A stretch of DNA of 64,000 nucleotides from Limnochordales bacterium. Its GTDB lineage: Bacteria > Bacillota > Limnochordia > Limnochordales > DUMU01. The notes beneath the pieces were generated by a model. It was not told where the DNA came from and did not search any database. It was given only the letters and a program-made list of their open reading frames with translations. This document shows, piece by piece, positions 35,806 to 46,473 of the stretch (positions are counted from its first letter, which is position 1; every line of letters begins with the position of its first letter). Location: positions 142,087 to 206,086 of the forward strand of contig JADBKP010000010.1 of NCBI GenBank assembly GCA_014896315.1. The letters run 5' to 3'. A program made the translations under genes and the position numbers.

Positions 35806-36657
35806 TTAGCCCGTTAATGAGTAAAGAATGCCGACCGTGCCCGGACCGCAGTGGCTGGAGATGACCGCTCCTGCTTCTGTGACCAGGACTTCTTTGACCG
35901 GCAGAGCCTTGTACAACTCGGAGGCCAGGTAGTTAGCACCGTCGGGGTAGGCGGCGTGGGTGACGAAAATCCGGTGCAGATCAATCCTTTCCTTATCCTG
36001 CAGGCACCAGCGAAGCAGGCTCGCCAGAGCCCTGGCCCGCGACCCCATCAGTTTCTCCGCGACCTCCAGCTTTCCGTCGATTACCTCGATGCGAGGTTTG
36101 ATCCGCAAAAGACTCCCCACGATGCTCTGCATGGCTGAACACCGCCCGCCCTTGTACAGGTAGTCGAGGGTGTCGATAATAAAGGACGTCTTCACCAGTG
36201 GTACTCGTGCCTGTACCTTGCCGGCGATCTCGGGCAACGGCAGGCCGGCTGCGGCCAACTCAGCTGCATAAAGAGCCAGCAGGCCAATCCCCGTTGACAG
36301 GTTTAGCGAATCAACCAGCGCGATGCGATCGCTGGGGAAAGACTGGGCGGCGATACGGGCCGCCTGGAATGTTCCCGACAGCTTGGAAGACAGACCCACG
36401 TAGATGATATCGTCGCCTGCTTCGATTATCGGACGAAAGATAGCTTCAACGTCGGCGGGAGTGGGCATCGAGGTCTGCGGGAGATTTCCGGTGGACGCCA
36501 CGTATTCAAAAAGACGCTCCGGCTGCAGATCCACTCCGTCCCGGTACACCTGATCGCCGAGGCGGACGTAGAGAGGTATGACGGTAAGGTCGAAGCGCTG
36601 GATCAGCTCGGATGAAAGGTCGGCTGTACTGTCGGTAACCACGCGCACGCGTGGCAT
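35806..36657 (-). CDS. DegV-family fatty-acid-binding protein
   Basis: The ORF track starts at 36684; ATG 36657 follows GGGGAGG. MPRVRVVTDSTADLSSELIQRFDLTVIPLYV... is a typical DegV N-terminus. Confidence 0.88.
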   Translation of the reverse strand: MPRVRVVTDSTADLSSELIQRFDLTVIPLYVRLGDQVYRDGVDLQPERLFEYVASTGNLPQTSMPTPADVEAIFRPIIEAGDDIIYVGLSSKLSGTFQAARIAAQSFPSDRIALVDSLNLSTGIGLLALYAAELAAAGLPLPEIAGKVQARVPLVKTSFIIDTLDYLYKGGRCSAMQSIVGSLLRIKPRIEVIDGKLEVAEKLMGSRARALASLLRWCLQDKERIDLHRIFVTHAAYPDGANYLASELYKALPVKEVLVTEAGAVISSHCGPGTVGILYSLTG

Positions 36658-36844
36658 TGTAACGACTTCCTCCCCGCTTGGCATAGTTCTGGCGCCGCCT
36701 GCCTTTCGAGTCTACCACTGCTGATTTGCTTTGCAAACTCTCCTGGCTGCGTGGCTGCGAGCGGGCACCTCGATAAAGACCAGGCCCGAATCTACCGAAG
36801 CAAGGAAGTGGGTGAACGACTCTCTGGAGACTGAGGTGGCATAA

Positions 36845-38692
36845 GTGAAAGTGTCAATCCGTTTCAAGTTGTTGTTTACATTTCTCGCAATATTGTTATT
36901 GTTCGCTATCGTGAGCGGCACATCCCTGGTGGTCCAGCGGACAATTGTTAACGGTTATGAAATAATAACCGACCGATTCCTGCCTGTCACTGTGAACATG
37001 GAGAAGTTGCGCAGCGAGATGATGCTGCAGGGCAAAGCATTGCTGAACTTCCTGCTCACCTACGATCCAGCGGCGGCCGAAGAGTTCAACAATGCCGCAG
37101 ATCGGATTCGGGTAATCTCGGACACCCTGGAGGCGCAGACCGAAGGAACGGGGTCGGAAAAGTACCTGGCCCAGGTCCGGGCAATTGCGGAGGAGTACGA
37201 GGCTTTCGGTCGGGAGTTGCTCAGCGGCGGGGGAGCAGACGCGGCGGTAGCCGTTCATACCCGGGGCAATGAGATCAGTGCCCGGTTGGATACGACGCTG
37301 AACGAGTGGCGGAAACATCTGGATTCCCGGCAGGCGGAGCTTCGGCAGGAAGCCGACAATTCACGGCGGTGGGGTATGATCCTCACCGTGGTAGCGCTGG
37401 TGGTAGCCCTCCTGTTCGGATTGGGGGTTGCCTTCTTTTTCAGTAACGCCATCACCCGGGCGCTGGCACAACTCACGAAGGTGGCTGGTGAGATAGCAGC
37501 CGGCAACCTGACAGTTGAGATTCCGCCGATCAAGACGGGGGATGAGATTCAGGTACTGGGCGAGGCACTTGCCCACATGCATCAGAATATGCAACGGATC
37601 ATCGGGGCGGTAGTCGGCGCGGCCCACGACCTGTCCGCCGCCAGCCAGGAACTTTCGGCTTCGACCGAAGAGTTTGCCGCCACCATAGAGCAGATCTCCA
37701 ACACTATTCAGCAGGTAGCGCAGGGGGCGCAGGAGCAGAGTTCGGCGGTGAGTAACACCGCCCACTCCATTACGCAGTTGCAGACGGCGGTAAACCGGGT
37801 GGCCAAAGGGGCGGAGAACCAGGTAGCCAGCGTCCGAGAGTCCCTGGCAAAGGTGGATAGCATGCGTTCAGCACTGGAGAGCAACCGGTCGCTTTTGCAT
37901 ACCGTACGGCAAGTGGTGGCAAACAGTTCGAGCCTTGCCAAAGAGGGCGGTGAGGTGATCGAGAAGGTCAACGCCAGTATCGCCCGGATCAAAGCCGACG
38001 CAACTTCTGTCTACAGCCTGATTCGGGCGCTTGAGAACAATACCCGCGACATAGGTCGCATTCTGGAGGTTATCAGTGAGGTGGCCGATCAGACCAACCT
38101 CTTGGCTCTCAATGCTGCTATTGAGGCCGCCCGCGCCGGTGAACAGGGCCGTGGCTTTGCGGTAGTGGCCGATGAGGTGCGCAAGCTGGCCGAAAGAACG
38201 ACGGCCGAAACGAAGGCCATCGCCGATATTGTCACTCGCATCCAGAAGGCGACTGCCGAAGCGGGCGAAGGGATGGGGGTCAGCGTCCGGGATGTGGAGG
38301 CAGGTGAGCAATTGGTACAGGAAGCGACCCGAGCTCTAGACCAGATTGAGGAGGGGGCTAAAGAGGCAGAGGCGGCTATCGCCTCGCTGGTGACTGCAGC
38401 CGGTACTCTCGAGGAGGCAAGCACGGCCATCGAAGAAGCTGTGCACCGCATAGCAGCTGTGGCAGAAGAAAACCAGGCGGCGACGGAGGAGATGGCGGCC
38501 GGTATCGAGGAGATTCGCCAGGGAATCGACTCGGTGGCAGCCGTCTCGGAGGAGGGCGCAGCCTCGGCAGAGGAGGTTGCGGCTTCGGCCGAGAATGCCA
38601 GTCAGACGGTGCAGACCATCTCGGCTTCGGCCCAGACTCTGGCCGGGATGGCCCAGAAACTGCAGCAGTTGGTGGCGGGATTCAAGGTCTGA
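36845..38692 (+). CDS. Methyl-accepting chemotaxis protein (2 TM, HAMP, MCP signalling domain)
   Basis: 615 aa with the GTG 5 nt after GAGGTGG. It contains the highly conserved [39 protein letters not shown]. Confidence 0.92.
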   Translation: MKVSIRFKLLFTFLAILLLFAIVSGTSLVVQRTIVNGYEIITDRFLPVTVNMEKLRSEMMLQGKALLNFLLTYDPAAAEEFNNAADRIRVISDTLEAQTEGTGSEKYLAQVRAIAEEYEAFGRELLSGGGADAAVAVHTRGNEISARLDTTLNEWRKHLDSRQAELRQEADNSRRWGMILTVVALVVALLFGLGVAFFFSNAITRALAQLTKVAGEIAAGNLTVEIPPIKTGDEIQVLGEALAHMHQNMQRIIGAVVGAAHDLSAASQELSASTEEFAATIEQISNTIQQVAQGAQEQSSAVSNTAHSITQLQTAVNRVAKGAENQVASVRESLAKVDSMRSALESNRSLLHTVRQVVANSSSLAKEGGEVIEKVNASIARIKADATSVYSLIRALENNTRDIGRILEVISEVADQTNLLALNAAIEAARAGEQGRGFAVVADEVRKLAERTTAETKAIADIVTRIQKATAEAGEGMGVSVRDVEAGEQLVQEATRALDQIEEGAKEAEAAIASLVTAAGTLEEASTAIEEAVHRIAAVAEENQAATEEMAAGIEEIRQGIDSVAAVSEEGAASAEEVAASAENASQTVQTISASAQTLAGMAQKLQQLVAGFKV

Positions 38693-38740
38693 ACCTGGAC
38701 CGTTTGGACTGCGAGCAACCTGGAGCAGAGCCAGCACAAC

Positions 38741-38778
38741 AGGGGCCGGTACTCACTTCGGCCCCTGCTTTGCTTTGG
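38741..38778 (+). terminator. Terminator candidate for the MCP gene; overlaps the 3' end of the convergent ClC gene
   Basis: aggggccg (38741-38748) pairs with cggcccct (38759-38766) around a 10-nt loop, followed by gctttgcttt. Confidence 0.5.
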
Positions 38779-41089
38779 GCATAACACTGGCGCGCAAAGC
38801 CTCTACGACGCTGCGATCGCAGACGGCCACCAGCACATCTCCTGATCGGAGCTGGGTTGCTCCGTGCGGAATGAGAACCTGGCGGCCCCGGCGTATCGAG
38901 GCTATGACACATGCCGGGGGTAACCCCAGGTCGACCAGGCGTTTTCCGATAGCAGGCGACGTGCGGGGAACCTTGATCTCCAGTACCTCGGCTCCCGTGA
39001 GCGAGCTGAGCCGGATCATCTCCGCCCGGTGTTGAAGGGCCGTCTTGCGGATGAGGGCCAGTTCATAGGCCCGGCCGATGTCCTCCCGGGTTATCATACC
39101 GACCACTCGCCGCGGGTCATGGGGGGCTACCACAGGTAGCCAGGGCCGGTTCTGGCTGCTCATGAGCCGGAGGGCCTCCCACATGGAGAGGCCCGGAGAG
39201 GCCGTTGCCGGATCGGGAATGCAGACGGCCATGACCGTGAGCGCAGAGGCGGGAGCTGCTTGCCCCTCGAAAGATCCCTCGGGAGAGAAGGAAGAGGCCG
39301 AGTCCGGTGACGAAGGTGCGGGTGCGGGCGCAAGGTCGGCCGAAGTCTTCGCCTCCGTGCCAGTGCCAGTGCCAGTCCCTGTCCCAGTCCCAGTCTCAGT
39401 CTCGACCCCAGTCTCCGCCGCACGCCCCGCCGTGCTCGGCGCCGAGGTGCCCGCCGCACTTGCGGTCCTGGTCCAAGCCCCACCTGCTGTCCCGACGCCG
39501 GTCGCCGCCTCATCTCCGACTGCCCGCCTGGGTATTGTCCCGGTAGTAAGCGCCAGGTCGATGTCGGCCAGGGAGGCGATGCCCAGCAGCAGACCCTGGG
39601 CATCCACAACTACGCCGGCCGGTTGATGGGCTTGTTGCAGGGCCTGGCGGGCTTCAGCCAGAGGCAGCGTCGCAGGCAGGAATACCACATTGCGGCTCAT
39701 CGCTTCCTCGACGGTTACCCCCTGCATAACGTCGATATCTCGGCCGCGCACCAGGTTGATCCCGCGCCGGCGCAGGGGGGCGTGGTAAATCCCATGGGGT
39801 AACCATCGCTCCGCCAGCAGCACCGCCATTCCCACGGCGGCGAGTAGCGGGACAATCAGGCGGTAATCTCGGGTCATCTCAAAAACGATCAGAGGAGCGG
39901 TAAGAGGGGCACGGATGGTGGCGGCCAGCATGGCTGCCATTCCGACGATGGCGTATACTGCCGGCGCTGAGATCGTGCCCGGCAGGGCCAGTTCCAGGAG
40001 CTTTCCGTACAACCCACCCAGCATTGCGCCGATGAAAAGAGAAGGTGCGAAGACACCGCCCACGAACCCCGTGCCAAGGCTGACGGCCGTGGCCAGGATC
40101 TTCAGCAACAGCAGCAGGGCCAGAGAAAGGATGGGGAAGTACTCGCCAAGCAGCAGCAGTTCGATGGTGTTGTAGCCGGAGCCAAAGATCTGAGGCGTAA
40201 AGAGCAGGGCAAGAAGGCCAAGTACCAGCCCTCCCAGTACTGGACGCAGGGGTGCGGGCACGGGCAGAGCTGAACCGCGCTCTTCGGCCATCTCGATGCT
40301 GCGAGTAAAGAGGACGGCACAGCCGGCAGCCAGGAGTCCCAGAACTCCGAAGAAGGGGAGCTCGGCCAGACTGCCCAGGCGGTAGGAGGGAATGACAAAG
40401 GCGGGATGAGTTCCAAGCACGGCCTGGGCTACGGCGGAGGCGAGCACGGAGGCCAGAACTACCAGACCGAATGAACCGGGGGCGTAGTCAAAGAGGATTA
40501 CTTCCAGGGCAAAGAAGACACCCGCAATCGGTGCATTGAAGGTGGTGGCGAGGCCTGCGGCTGCCCCTGCCGCTACCAGGAGGCGCATGTTCTCCTCGGC
40601 CACCCGCAGGCGCTGCGCCAGAGCCGAGCCGAGGCTTGCGCCCATGTGCAGGCTGGGGTCCTCCGGCCCGAGGGATGCGCCGCTGCCGATAGAGATCGCA
40701 GCGGTTAGAGCCGAGGGAATAGCCTGCCTGTACGGCATTCTTCCGCCCGCCAGCGCCACCGCCTCAATGATACCGGCAAGTCCCGGCAGGGGCTCGAGAG
40801 GGAGCAACGTGCCGAGGTCGGTGGGCCGGCGTCGGCCGCGGCTCAACCAGCTGAGCAGACCAATCAGAGCTCCGCCGAGGATGGGTGGCAGCACCTGTCC
40901 TCCCCAGGCGAGCACATCCAGGTACAGAGTGTCGAAAAAGAGCGTCTGTAATGTGGTTATAAGGTAACGGAAACCTATAACGACCAGTGCTGTCCCTGCC
41001 CCTACCACCGCTGCCAGTGCCAGGGCAACCGAATGATCAGGCAGCTCCGCCCATCTGCTCTGCCGGGGTGAATGTCCCTCCAGCCCCAC
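38753..41089 (-). CDS. ClC-family chloride channel/antiporter with a C-terminal CBS pair and TrkA_C (RCK_C) domain; a long low-complexity insertion lies within the CBS region
   Basis: 778 aa. ClC motifs GSGASLGPEDP, GVFAPSLFIGA and GYNTIE. CBS-like segments flank about 100 aa of T/G/A/S/P-rich sequence (..ETGVETETGTGTGTGTGTGTEAKTS..). The end (EVLEIKVPRTSPAIGKRLVDLGLP..VIASIRRGRQVLIPHG.T.L..GDVLV) is RCK_C-like. Confidence 0.88.
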   Translation of the reverse strand: MGLEGHSPRQSRWAELPDHSVALALAAVVGAGTALVVIGFRYLITTLQTLFFDTLYLDVLAWGGQVLPPILGGALIGLLSWLSRGRRRPTDLGTLLPLEPLPGLAGIIEAVALAGGRMPYRQAIPSALTAAISIGSGASLGPEDPSLHMGASLGSALAQRLRVAEENMRLLVAAGAAAGLATTFNAPIAGVFFALEVILFDYAPGSFGLVVLASVLASAVAQAVLGTHPAFVIPSYRLGSLAELPFFGVLGLLAAGCAVLFTRSIEMAEERGSALPVPAPLRPVLGGLVLGLLALLFTPQIFGSGYNTIELLLLGEYFPILSLALLLLLKILATAVSLGTGFVGGVFAPSLFIGAMLGGLYGKLLELALPGTISAPAVYAIVGMAAMLAATIRAPLTAPLIVFEMTRDYRLIVPLLAAVGMAVLLAERWLPHGIYHAPLRRRGINLVRGRDIDVMQGVTVEEAMSRNVVFLPATLPLAEARQALQQAHQPAGVVVDAQGLLLGIASLADIDLALTTGTIPRRAVGDEAATGVGTAGGAWTRTASAAGTSAPSTAGRAAETGVETETGTGTGTGTGTGTEAKTSADLAPAPAPSSPDSASSFSPEGSFEGQAAPASALTVMAVCIPDPATASPGLSMWEALRLMSSQNRPWLPVVAPHDPRRVVGMITREDIGRAYELALIRKTALQHRAEMIRLSSLTGAEVLEIKVPRTSPAIGKRLVDLGLPPACVIASIRRGRQVLIPHGATQLRSGDVLVAVCDRSVVEALRASVMPKAKQGPK
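39357..39416. repeat. Degenerate hexamer repeat (GCCAGT/CCCAGT/CTCAGT) encoding (T-G)n / (T-E)n in the ClC gene
   Basis: The + strand reads gtgccagtgccagtgccagtccctgtcccagtcccagtctcagtctcgaccccagtctcc. Confidence 0.85.
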
Positions 41090-41507
41090 CCTCTACCACT
41101 CCCCGGGCCACTCTCTTCCGGGCCAGCGAAAGGTCAGTGTGCAACCGCCAGCTCGACCCGTCTGGCTTGATCCCGTTCATCTCCGCTTATCACATTGTAT
41201 CCGAAAGCTGGCCGGCCAGAAGATGGGGAGAGTGGCAGGTTAAACATGCCACTTGACCCGCTTCCCATGGCTGGCTTACCATGTAAACACAAGATTGCGT
41301 TTTCACACCGGGGGATGGTGAATTCCTGGATTCGTATAGGTGAGCAGCTGGCTGGTAAATCTGGTTGGCCACACATAAACTGCAACTGTGTCCGGCTGAC
41401 ACTGCGGAAAGTGGATGGCCGTAGTCGGAGTTGCTTGAGAATACGTTTGCAGCAAGCCAGCAGTATACCTGTCCCATGAACCACAAGGAAGGTTGGGGGG
41501 CGATAGT

Positions 41508-42617
41508 GTGGTGACGATCAAGGATATTGCCAAACTATCCGGGGTATCGCCTGCTACGGTCTCTCGCATTCTCAACGGTCATCCCACCGTCAGCCCGGAG
41601 CTTCGCGAACGGGTTTTGCAGCTGGCACGGGAGCTGAATTACCAGCCCAATGCGGTGGCCCGGAGCCTTGTGAGCAGCCGCTCGAGACTGCTCGGTGTCG
41701 TGATCCCGGACATCTCCAACCCCTTCTTCCCAGACGTGGTACGGGCAGTGGAGGACGTGGCAGCCCAACATGGATATAGCGTTCTTCTGAGCAACACCGA
41801 CTGGAACCTCTATCGCGAGAAAGAATCGCTTGGCATTCTCCGTTCACGGCAGGTTGACGGTATCGTTCTTGTTCCCTCGCAGGTTGAACCGCATCTGGAC
41901 TGGTTGACCCGCTCTTCCATCCCGGTTGCCCTTCTCACCCGTACCAACCCCAGCTTTGACTCGGTCGAAACCGATCACTTCCGAGGTGGATATCTGGTAG
42001 CCAAGCACCTGGTCGACCTGGGGCACACCCACATGGCTGTGATTGGTGATACCTGCGATCCGAAATACAAAGGATTCCGCGAAGGGTTAATCGATGCCCA
42101 GATCCCCGTAGCTACCAACCTCTATTCCTGGCAGCTCTCAAAGAACGATGCCACTCAGGAAGGTGCCTATCAGCTTACTCTGCAAAAGATGCGTGAGTTT
42201 GAACAGCTAAAGCAGAATAGGGCGCAGGCGGGCGGGATGCCAACAGACCAGCAGCTGGAACGGCCGACGGCAATCTTCGCGCAAAACGATCTGATGGCTA
42301 TTGGGGTCTTGATGGCCCTGGAAGAGTTAGGGGTCAAAGTTCCGGAGGAAATGGCGGTTGTCGGGTTCGACAATATTCGTCTCGCCGCGGCCGTGCGTCC
42401 GGCGCTTACCACTGTGGCTCAACCCAGCTATGAGTTGGGGCGGATAGCCACCGAGTTGCTGATCGAGCGGATCGAAAGCCGCAGGGAAATTCCACCGCGC
42501 CACATTGTTCTTGAACCACGCCTGGTTGTGCGTGGCTCGACGACGCGGCTGCGTCAACAGGCCCCGGTGGAGCTCTCTTCCAGAGAGGCTATCCCTGACC
42601 ACGGTAGCTCAGCATAA
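41508..42617 (+). CDS. LacI-family transcriptional regulator
   Basis: The ORF track starts at TTG 41493. GTG 41508 or 41511 gives (V)TIKDIAKLSGVSPATVSRILNG, the HTH_LacI motif, followed by a sugar-binding core with a Q-rich insertion. Confidence 0.9.
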   Translation: MVTIKDIAKLSGVSPATVSRILNGHPTVSPELRERVLQLARELNYQPNAVARSLVSSRSRLLGVVIPDISNPFFPDVVRAVEDVAAQHGYSVLLSNTDWNLYREKESLGILRSRQVDGIVLVPSQVEPHLDWLTRSSIPVALLTRTNPSFDSVETDHFRGGYLVAKHLVDLGHTHMAVIGDTCDPKYKGFREGLIDAQIPVATNLYSWQLSKNDATQEGAYQLTLQKMREFEQLKQNRAQAGGMPTDQQLERPTAIFAQNDLMAIGVLMALEELGVKVPEEMAVVGFDNIRLAAAVRPALTTVAQPSYELGRIATELLIERIESRREIPPRHIVLEPRLVVRGSTTRLRQQAPVELSSREAIPDHGSSA

Positions 42618-42751
42618 GGGGACAACCAGAGGAGGTGGTAGGATCACCGCCGGTTGTGGTTGAGGGTGGGTCGGTTGAGAGTTGTTTCAAAGTCTTGGTC
42701 CTAAAGCCGTGAGGATTCGTTCGTGTAAGGTCTTTGAGGGAAGGGATAAGT

Positions 42752-44066
42752 ATGCGCACAGCAAGGCGCATATCCACATTTCTGGTGTTGTCGCTCGTAC
42801 TCACATTATTGAGTGGCTCGGTGGCGGCCGCCGCACCGAAGCTCCACGTCTATCTTCACCTTCCTCCAGCTAATATGACTCAGGCTCAGGTCAAGCAGTT
42901 CTTTGCCATGGCCGGGCAGGCTATCGGCGCTGAGATCGAGGTTCACTACGGAAAGCCCGATCAAAACCCGGCTCTTGCCGCCATTTTCCTGAAGAAATCA
43001 GGGATACCTCTAGATGTTGCCCTCTATACTCACCCTGACATGGTGTATCAGGAGCTGCTTGAACCGCTCGATACTTATCTTGCGGCTGAGAAAGAGCCGA
43101 TCATGGATAGATACCTCACCGCGGTCTGGAAGAACTCCGAGTGGTACTTCCGGGGTAAGCTATATGCCCTTCCGACCAGCCGCAACCACTTCCTGCTTGT
43201 CTACAACCGCGACATGTTCGATGCCGCCGGCCTACCTGCCCCGCCGTCCGACTGGGGCAAGGACCCAACCTGGACATGGGAGAAGGTGGCTTCTTCCATC
43301 GCTCCTAAACTGACCATCGACCGCAACGGTGACCGGAAACCCGAGGTGTATGGCTTCTCTGGTCTTGGTTGGCCGCTTATCTGGCCGGGATTCTTTGGCA
43401 CCGACTTTGTCGATGAAAATGGTAAGTCCCTGCTGCGAACGGAGAAACTGCAGAAGGTGCTTGAGTTCTTCGTGGATTTTACCAACAAACCCTTCTACAG
43501 TGGTACAAACGTGGGCGACTGGTATCCGCGGGGTGTCTTTGAGGACAAGGGGGCCATGGACTCGTTGGTACCTGGGATTACCGGGCAGTAGTTGAGAGGC
43601 CATATCTGGATCTTGCCCCGTCGCCTATGGGTACCCAGCATTCCACCATAAACTTTGTCGACGGTATGGGCATATTCAAGGACTCAAAGAACAAGGATCT
43701 AGGTTGGAAGCTCCTCAAGTACATGTCAAGCTTGAAAAACAGTGCGGAGTTCTATATGAAAGGCATGGAGTGGATGATTCCGCACAAAGACGCCTGGAAG
43801 CCGCTTCTGGATCACTACAAGGCGGGGTTCGGTGAGAGGACGACTCTGCGTCACATCATGGTTATGGCCAACGCCGGCAACTATGGCTACGTCCCGCGGG
43901 GTTTCCGGATATAAGCTGGCGGTTTAGCAACTGGACCAGCTTCATCGAGCCACCACTCTTCGAAAAGGTCCTGCCGCGGGAGATGTCGGTCGAAGCCTGG
44001 CTAACTGAGGCCGATCGGCTGATCGCGAACGCAGTGGCTGAATACTACAAGAAGGGCGGCAAATAA
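42752..44066 (+). pseudogene. CUT1 ABC solute-binding protein gene broken into three frame segments
   Basis: Segment 1 is 42752..43591 (signal peptide MRTARRISTFLVLSLVLTLLSGSVAAA). The sequence continues in another frame from about 43561 (LVGTWDYRAVVERPYLDLAPSPMGTQHSTINFVDGMGIFKDSKNKDLGWKLLKYMSS..) to the stop at 43914. A third frame then reads SWRFSNWTSFIEPPLFEKVLPREMSVEAWLTEADRLIANAVAEYYKKGGK* and ends at 44066. Confidence 0.8.
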
Positions 44067-44156
44067 GTCGCGCACAAGTATCGTCAGGGTTGGGTGGCGG
44101 GCACGCGTCCCGCTACCCAACCCCGCTACCGCCAAACTACGCAGCTCCTGACGCCC

Positions 44157-45912
44157 TGGTTCGTAACTACAATCCACGAGTCTGGAGTGGGATTAGTGTC
44201 GAGGACGGCACTTTGACACCCGTAATGCAAAGAAATGGCTATACAAGGGCGTTTTGGGCGCGCGAGGCCTCCGTTTTGGCATCACGGTCGTCCTTCGCCA
44301 GGGGCTCGATGCGTGGTGGAATGCGGTATCCCAGGGCCTGGAAGATGGTAACCGCCTCCGGGGAGGCCTCGGAGCGCAGGCGATACATCGCTCCCTTGAT
44401 CTCGATATAGGCTGACTTGATCCGAGAGAGGTGCTTGAGCGCCTCCGCCGCCGTCATCTTGATCCCTTTCGCATGAAGCTTCTTCTCCAGATAGCGCTCC
44501 AGGAGGTGGGCCAGCACGCACACATGCACATGCGCCCGGATACGACGCTCCCGCCAGTGATACACGGGATTGATCTCTTCCAAGCTCTTCAGACTCCGGA
44601 AGGAACGCTCAATCGTTTGGAGATCCCGGTAGGCTCTGGCCACCTCCGCGCTGTCAAGCTGCTCGTAGCTGGTTCGGATCACGTACTTGCCGTCATAACG
44701 GGCTTCTTCCCGGATTCGGGCCTCGTCCAAACAGATACGGCCGTCATCGAGACGCATGAGATACCGGCCCTTACCCGGGTGGGAGTAGAGCCTGGCGGCC
44801 TCCCGTGACCAGGGATCGAGACCTTCCAGCTCGGCCCGAAGCTCCTCCACGATGGACTCCCGGGTCTGGCGGTCGTATTCAGCCTCGATGGGATTGAAGC
44901 AGACAATATAGCGGCGGTCCTCGACCCGGACCTCTTTCACCCTGAGGTTCTCGGCCACTTCGCGATAGCGACCGGGCCAGGCCAAGACGATGTCTCGGAC
45001 CTCTCCGGCCCGTCGCAACGGGCAGCCAACGATGTAGTGGATGCCGGCTTCCCGCAGTAGCTCCAGGTTCTCTTCGCTCAGCATCCCGCGATCACCCACG
45101 AAGATACAGTGGGTGACATGGAACCGCCGCTGCAGGGCATTAACCATTTTCTCCACGGTCGTTACGTCAGCGGTGGCGCCGGGTTCCACCTCATGAGCGA
45201 AGGGCAATCCCTCCCGGCTGTTGGCAAGAGTGAGGAGGAATTCTAACTCACCGTCCCGACCGTACTGGATCAGTTCTGACTCCCTTCCCGTAGCTACGGA
45301 TGAGAGTCGCATCGTAAAAAAGACGGGCTCACGTCCAAAGAGAAGAGATCTCGCATACGCAGGAAAGGCCCTTCTTCCGATCGGTTCAACGGGTTTGCTC
45401 GTGAAGGACGTCCAGCGCGGTAAAGGTGGTGAAGGCTGAGGCTCTTGGCTTCCGGGAAGTCAGCGTCATTGACAAGCCAATCATACGTACCACGATCTGA
45501 AGGGATCAAGCAAGCGGTTGAAGACCATACCCTGATCACCTGACTTCCACATCGAAGGTGAAGGCCGGTCTCTGATCTGTCGCCGGATTTCGTCTCGATG
45601 CTGAGTTCATCCCAAAGCCGTTTGCGGTACCACTAAGGCTCGTACTCCCAGGTATGCTTGAGTATCAGGTCTTTTCCAGGTCCAGCACCCTGCAGCGTGG
45701 GTCTGACTGGCCAGGGCGGCGACCATCTTGTCACTCGATCCCGATCCATCTCATCCTCTCTCGGCCAACCGTGCAGATGCCTTCTGCCTGACCTTGCCGT
45801 TGCGTCGCTCATTCTCTACCAGCTGCCAATAGACGTACTTTCCTTACCGGACTGACGGACGATCTTACGGCGCAGGAACACCCGGCGTCACCTCCAGCAG
45901 CACTACGAACCA
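44157..45912 (-). mobile_element. IS1634-like (IS4 superfamily) insertion sequence, degenerate; the boundaries are tentative
   Basis: It contains the transposase pseudogene. The only terminal inverted match I could see is 9 bp: tggttcgta at 44157-44165 and tacgaacca at 45904-45912. I saw no target-site duplication. Confidence 0.5.
44239..45881 (-). pseudogene. IS1634-family DDE transposase with multiple frameshifts in the N-terminal third
   Basis: The intact C-terminal ORF is 44239..45312 (..HCIFVGDRGMLSEENLELLREAGIHYIVG.., DDE_Tnp_1-like). Upstream reverse-strand fragments in other frames read VFLRRKIVRQSGKES / KYVYWQLVENERRNGKVRQKASARL, which is the family's characteristic N-terminus, starting at GTG 45881, 7 nt after GGAGGTG. 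A further fragment reads ..AKSLSLHHLYRA... Confidence 0.7.
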
Positions 45913-46040
45913 TATCACGCATACCATCCAAGCGCAACATATTATGCTTCACGCCAATAACCATGGCTTTGGCACTACCCGTCACCACGCGATCACCGGG
46001 ATATGCATTAAGCGCGCTTCTTCTCCGGACACGCGCTCAA

Positions 46041-46470
46041 ATGGGCATTTCACTGTCAAACTCCCGGAGGAGTGTCACCTCCTTGACCGAACTGCCGCAG
46101 ATTGACGTATACCGCCCCCGTTACCACTTTACTGCTCCCACAGGGTGGATAAATGATCCCAACGGGCTTATCCAGTGGAACGGCAAGTACCATCTCTTCT
46201 ATCAGTATCACCCGTTTGCGCCTCGTTGGGGTCCGATGCACTGGGGGCATGCGGTCAGCGACGACCTTGTTCGCTGGCAACATCTGCCTATCGCATTGCG
46301 GCCGGAACCGGTACGAGTTGAAGGTGATATGAGTGGCATCTTCAGTGGTAGTGCTGTCGACGATAACGGCGTACTAACCCTGATCTATACGTGGTTTCGT
46401 GATCCCAGGGTTCACCCGGGAGTTCCTCCCGAAGTGCAGTGCGTGGCGACCAGTTTGGACGGAGTGAATC
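46041..46470 (+). pseudogene. GH32 (beta-fructofuranosidase/levanase) N-terminal fragment, canonical WINDPNG type
   Basis: YRPRYHFTAPTGWINDPNGLIQWNGKYHLFYQYHPFAPRWGPMHWGHAVSDDLVRWQHLP...FSGSAV. Homology ends near 46470, where the reading frame of recognisable sequence changes. Confidence 0.7.
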
Positions 46471-46473
46471 TCA

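Noticed and set aside
5425-39416. Whether any of the short-period repeat arrays is a CRISPR array
   Set aside because: The repeat units are 6 nt with no 25-40-nt repeats and no unique spacers. Most lie inside coding sequences, and there are no cas genes in the window.
41090-41300. Possible fluoride (crcB-motif) riboswitch upstream of the ClC gene
   Set aside because: The reverse strand has a GGAGAUG start, but the downstream conserved elements (for example GCUGAUGAUGCCUAC) do not match. This ClC also carries CBS and RCK_C domains, unlike the ClC-F type usually controlled by fluoride riboswitches.
41437-41455. LacI operator half-site (cgtttgca) upstream of the LacI gene at 41508
   Set aside because: The left half (gagaata) does not mirror the right half, so there is no palindrome.
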